A stretch of DNA of 17,786 nucleotides, taken from NCBI GenBank assembly GCA_048882485.1, contig JBHLRP010000064.1:1-17786 (forward strand), in the 5' to 3' direction. This document shows positions 15,118 to 17,786 of this stretch, piece after piece. The first letter of the stretch is position 1. Each line of letters starts with the position of its first letter. The position numbers were made by a program, and so were the translations under genes. The notes under the pieces are model-generated. The model searched no databases and was not told the DNA's origin. It saw only the letters and a program-made list of their open reading frames with translations. The DNA is from Candidatus Thorarchaeota archaeon (GTDB lineage: Archaea; Asgardarchaeota; Thorarchaeia; Thorarchaeales; Thorarchaeaceae).

Positions 15118-17786
15118 TTACAGCCATGTTCCATTCCATGACATTAGGGTGAAGTCAGCAACAGTTCTCGAATACTCAGTTAGCTTCAGGATTTTCTTTA
15201 TCCACCCTGCTAGAGTCACGCCAACATTGATCTTTAGTTTTAGACTTATAGCCCAAGTACCTGATGCCCCTGATTGACCGGCGGTTAGTTGAATGCCAAT
15301 TGGGGCGTAAGCAACAGCCTCCACAAAAGGCCCGCCAACATCATACAGCAGAAATGCCAGCCTGCACTTCGCATAGGGTGTAACAAAAATCCCTGCTGAT
15401 GCAGTAATAGATGGCTTGCCGTATGAAGCGTCCCTGCCGCTTTCCCAAATTGTGCTCCAACCATTCGACCATCGGACACCCGCCTTATACCACGCGCTTG
15501 CCTGAGCCCAAGTTGAAATTGAAAATTCTCCATTTGCACTCAGCTCTACACCGACATTTACTGTCAACCTCAATTTGGCCCAGACAATAACAGATCCGGC
15601 CCAGAACGTGAATCGTGTAGACCACGTCCATAGAGTATATTCTTTCTTGATATTATAGCCAGCGGAAACTCCTGCAGAGGCTTCAACTTTAATGGCAGGA
15701 GTTATTTTCATCCATGATTCAAACCATAGTAGCTTGTATCCTGACCAGGTCCACTTTCTTTCCCATCCCATGAACCATTGAACATTTAATGTCGGGGTCG
15801 CCCTTAATGTTGCGAAAAACGGACCGTAGCTAATTGTCTTTTCGAAACGTCCTGGGGCTATTCTATAGGACCATGTCTTGGACCAGTCACTTTCAATTTC
15901 GACTTCATCTCGTTTTGCCTGAAGTGGAAGCCCAGGATCATACGTGTAGTTGATAGAGAATTTTCTATAATTTCCAAAAGCTGCTGCAAGATAGGTTTCC
16001 GAAGCTGTGATGTTCCCTTCAGTAACAATAAGGGATTCATCTACAATAACTCTTCCAGCTAGAACAGTCACATTGGCTTCCATGATGGTGCCTTCGCCAA
16101 AATCGATAGTCCAAGTAAGATCTTCGAGCTCAGCAGAATTATGTAGAATACTCCCTGCAGGCAAGTCAAAACCAATTTGCCAGTTGGATGTATAGATTTG
16201 ATCTCCGGGAAGCGATTGAAGCATCAACATCATATATTGAATTTTGGTGAAGATGAATTCAGCAGCTGAAGATGTAGCATTCTCATCGTCAGGTCCAATC
16301 CTGATTTGCCACTCAGGGAGGCCTATTATCTCAGCAAGTTGGGGTGAATTGGCCATAAGTGTGACTTTGGTTTCGTTTGTTGCACTCCAGGGGATGGTTT
16401 TGGAATCAGTGATATCTACATTAAAGCCAAGCAGAATAAGCTGTTCCATTGAAATCCCCTCATAGAGCGATGCCCTTACTGGTGCGTAATTCTGCTGGTC
16501 TGTAGATGCTGGCGCGCCGCCAAAATCGAGCTGGGTATATGTTACTTTACCAGCGTTAACAATGGCTTCGGTATGCTTCTCAGTGCCATTATATGTGCCG
16601 TAAATTGTATAAGTTCCAGGGAGAAGATGATAGAATATATGGCCCGACTCAGATACATTGATTCTTGATGATCCTTCTGGTCCTCGATAGTAGACATCCG
16701 TGAAATTCACTAGTTCCCCATCATAGTATCCCGAGATGAACAGGATTCCAGTATTGTTCTCAGTTTTGCCATAGTTGTGTGCAGCAATCGCAAGGTCTCG
16801 AATATCGATCTTTCCATCCCAATTCAAGTCTAGGTCTGCATTCCATGCTGCATCATCTATTGAATCACCCACATGGGTGGCTATCAGATCAAGATCCTCT
16901 AAGTCGACCTCACCATCATCATCACTCACATCACCCAAGAGTGAAATGTCCCTGATGGCTTGCTCAGCATCAGAAACCTCACGAACAGTTATGTTCTCGG
17001 GCACATCATACTCTACATCTTGTTCTAGGGCAGAGGGATTTTCGAAGAAAGCTCCGCGTAGGATTTCAGACAAAGGAGACTCAGGAATTGTAATAGTGAA
17101 TGACATTAGAGCGCTGCCATCATCTTGTATTGAAATATTCTGCACCATTGAGCTTTTTACCTCAGTGGTAACGCTCTCCACTTCTGAAACTACGAGAGCC
17201 TTGCCATTTGAGGAGGCTTCTGTGGCTTGGAATGAATAGCTATCATCGAAAACTAGAGGACCAAGCGGATAACTCTCAGTTGGATAATACCTATTATTCA
17301 CAATATGGAAGGTATCGTTTGTATCACTTATTGTAGCAAGGCCACTTCCAATGCCCATTTCTTCCGTTTGCATGGCAGATGCCGAGATGAATGGCACATT
17401 TGCATTGAGAACGTTTCTTGAGTCGTAGCCGTAGGTGTTCCAATAAATAACAAGATCAATATCGCTGTAATATTCTGACTCAAACTCCTCAATGTTTGCG
17501 GAGGTCTGATTGATAATATTCTCTGGCAAGTATCCCCCTCCAATTAGCCAATTATAGACAAATGACGCATATGAATCGCCAAATTCATTGTAGAATACAA
17601 TGTTCACATCTTCAGGATCTAAATAGCTTGACGCCCATGCTATGGTTCTATTCAAGAGGTTGAGTATTTCAGTACTGAATTGGGTTGGTCGATACCATCC
17701 AAAGAAAGCGTACTTTTGTGGGTCGTTGATTATCAATACATCCTTACCAACATCTGAAGATGAAGCAATTGAATTGTCTGTTGGTT
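15118..17786 (-). CDS. Large probable secreted or cell-surface protein with a dockerin-like domain (5' end outside the window)
   Basis: The frame is open upstream of the tracked TTG 17736 to the window edge (PTDNSIASSSDVGKDVL...). Duplicated Ca-binding loops GDVSDDDGEVDLEDL / DLNWDGKIDIRDL at about 16768-16941, a PEGA-like LLPGTYTIYGTYNG segment, many N-x-S/T sequons, and a Trp-rich beta-strand C-terminal region. Confidence 0.85.
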   Translation of the reverse strand, partial: PTDNSIASSSDVGKDVLIINDPQKYAFFGWYRPTQFSTEILNLLNRTIAWASSYLDPEDVNIVFYNEFGDSYASFVYNWLIGGGYLPENIINQTSANIEEFESEYYSDIDLVIYWNTYGYDSRNVLNANVPFISASAMQTEEMGIGSGLATISDTNDTFHIVNNRYYPTESYPLGPLVFDDSYSFQATEASSNGKALVVSEVESVTTEVKSSMVQNISIQDDGSALMSFTITIPESPLSEILRGAFFENPSALEQDVEYDVPENITVREVSDAEQAIRDISLLGDVSDDDGEVDLEDLDLIATHVGDSIDDAAWNADLDLNWDGKIDIRDLAIAAHNYGKTENNTGILFISGYYDGELVNFTDVYYRGPEGSSRINVSESGHIFYHLLPGTYTIYGTYNGTEKHTEAIVNAGKVTYTQLDFGGAPASTDQQNYAPVRASLYEGISMEQLILLGFNVDITDSKTIPWSATNETKVTLMANSPQLAEIIGLPEWQIRIGPDDENATSSAAEFIFTKIQYMMLMLQSLPGDQIYTSNWQIGFDLPAGSILHNSAELEDLTWTIDFGEGTIMEANVTVLAGRVIVDESLIVTEGNITASETYLAAAFGNYRKFSINYTYDPGLPLQAKRDEVEIESDWSKTWSYRIAPGRFEKTISYGPFFATLRATPTLNVQWFMGWERKWTWSGYKLLWFESWMKITPAIKVEASAGVSAGYNIKKEYTLWTWSTRFTFWAGSVIVWAKLRLTVNVGVELSANGEFSISTWAQASAWYKAGVRWSNGWSTIWESGRDASYGKPSITASAGIFVTPYAKCRLAFLLYDVGGPFVEAVAYAPIGIQLTAGQSGASGTWAISLKLKINVGVTLAGWIKKILKLTEYSRTVADFTLMSWNGTWL

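Noticed and set aside
772-17543. Numerous short antisense or out-of-frame ORFs in the track (e.g. 772-1008, 6166-6591, 6925-7269, 7902-8330, 10221-10613, 16775-17239)
   Set aside because: They lie within well-supported genes, show no family motifs and have the composition of shadow ORFs.
1-17786. CRISPR array, tRNA/rRNA, IS element or provirus
   Set aside because: By eye, no regularly spaced repeats, cloverleaf or rRNA-like segments, transposase, integrase or virion genes were found. tRNAscan-SE and Infernal were not run.

Overview
Archaeal chromosomal window of moderate GC with GGAGG/GGTG-type ribosome-binding sites. It most resembles Asgard (Thorarchaeia-like) DNA, which is an inference from protein style and not a database result. 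Left to right: a partial membrane-protein gene, a 33-aa stub, TATA-binding protein (tbp) with a cluster of TATA-like repeats upstream, a DUF4406-like protein, a small membrane protein with a probable premature stop, an MFS transporter with a CC-x19-CC plus TerB-like cytoplasmic tail, a decayed membrane-protein gene, GYD and VOC proteins, a soluble 2[4Fe-4S] ferredoxin-MtrA-like corrinoid protein fusion, bacterial-type cysE-cysK (CysE with an N-terminal CxxC-x11-CxxC), a truncated radical SAM gene, a divergent CVC-type ArsR regulator with a palindromic operator, a membrane protein, a lysophospholipase-like hydrolase, a complete group 3b [NiFe] sulfhydrogenase operon (beta-gamma-delta-alpha, with a CxxD variant in delta), and the 3' part of a large dockerin-containing protein. 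The best candidate for an undescribed system is the ArsR / cysE-cysK / ferredoxin-MtrA / VOC / Cys-pair MFS neighbourhood, possibly a thiol- and corrinoid-dependent methylation or metalloid-handling module. That function is a hypothesis. No rRNA, tRNA, CRISPR array or mobile element was seen.
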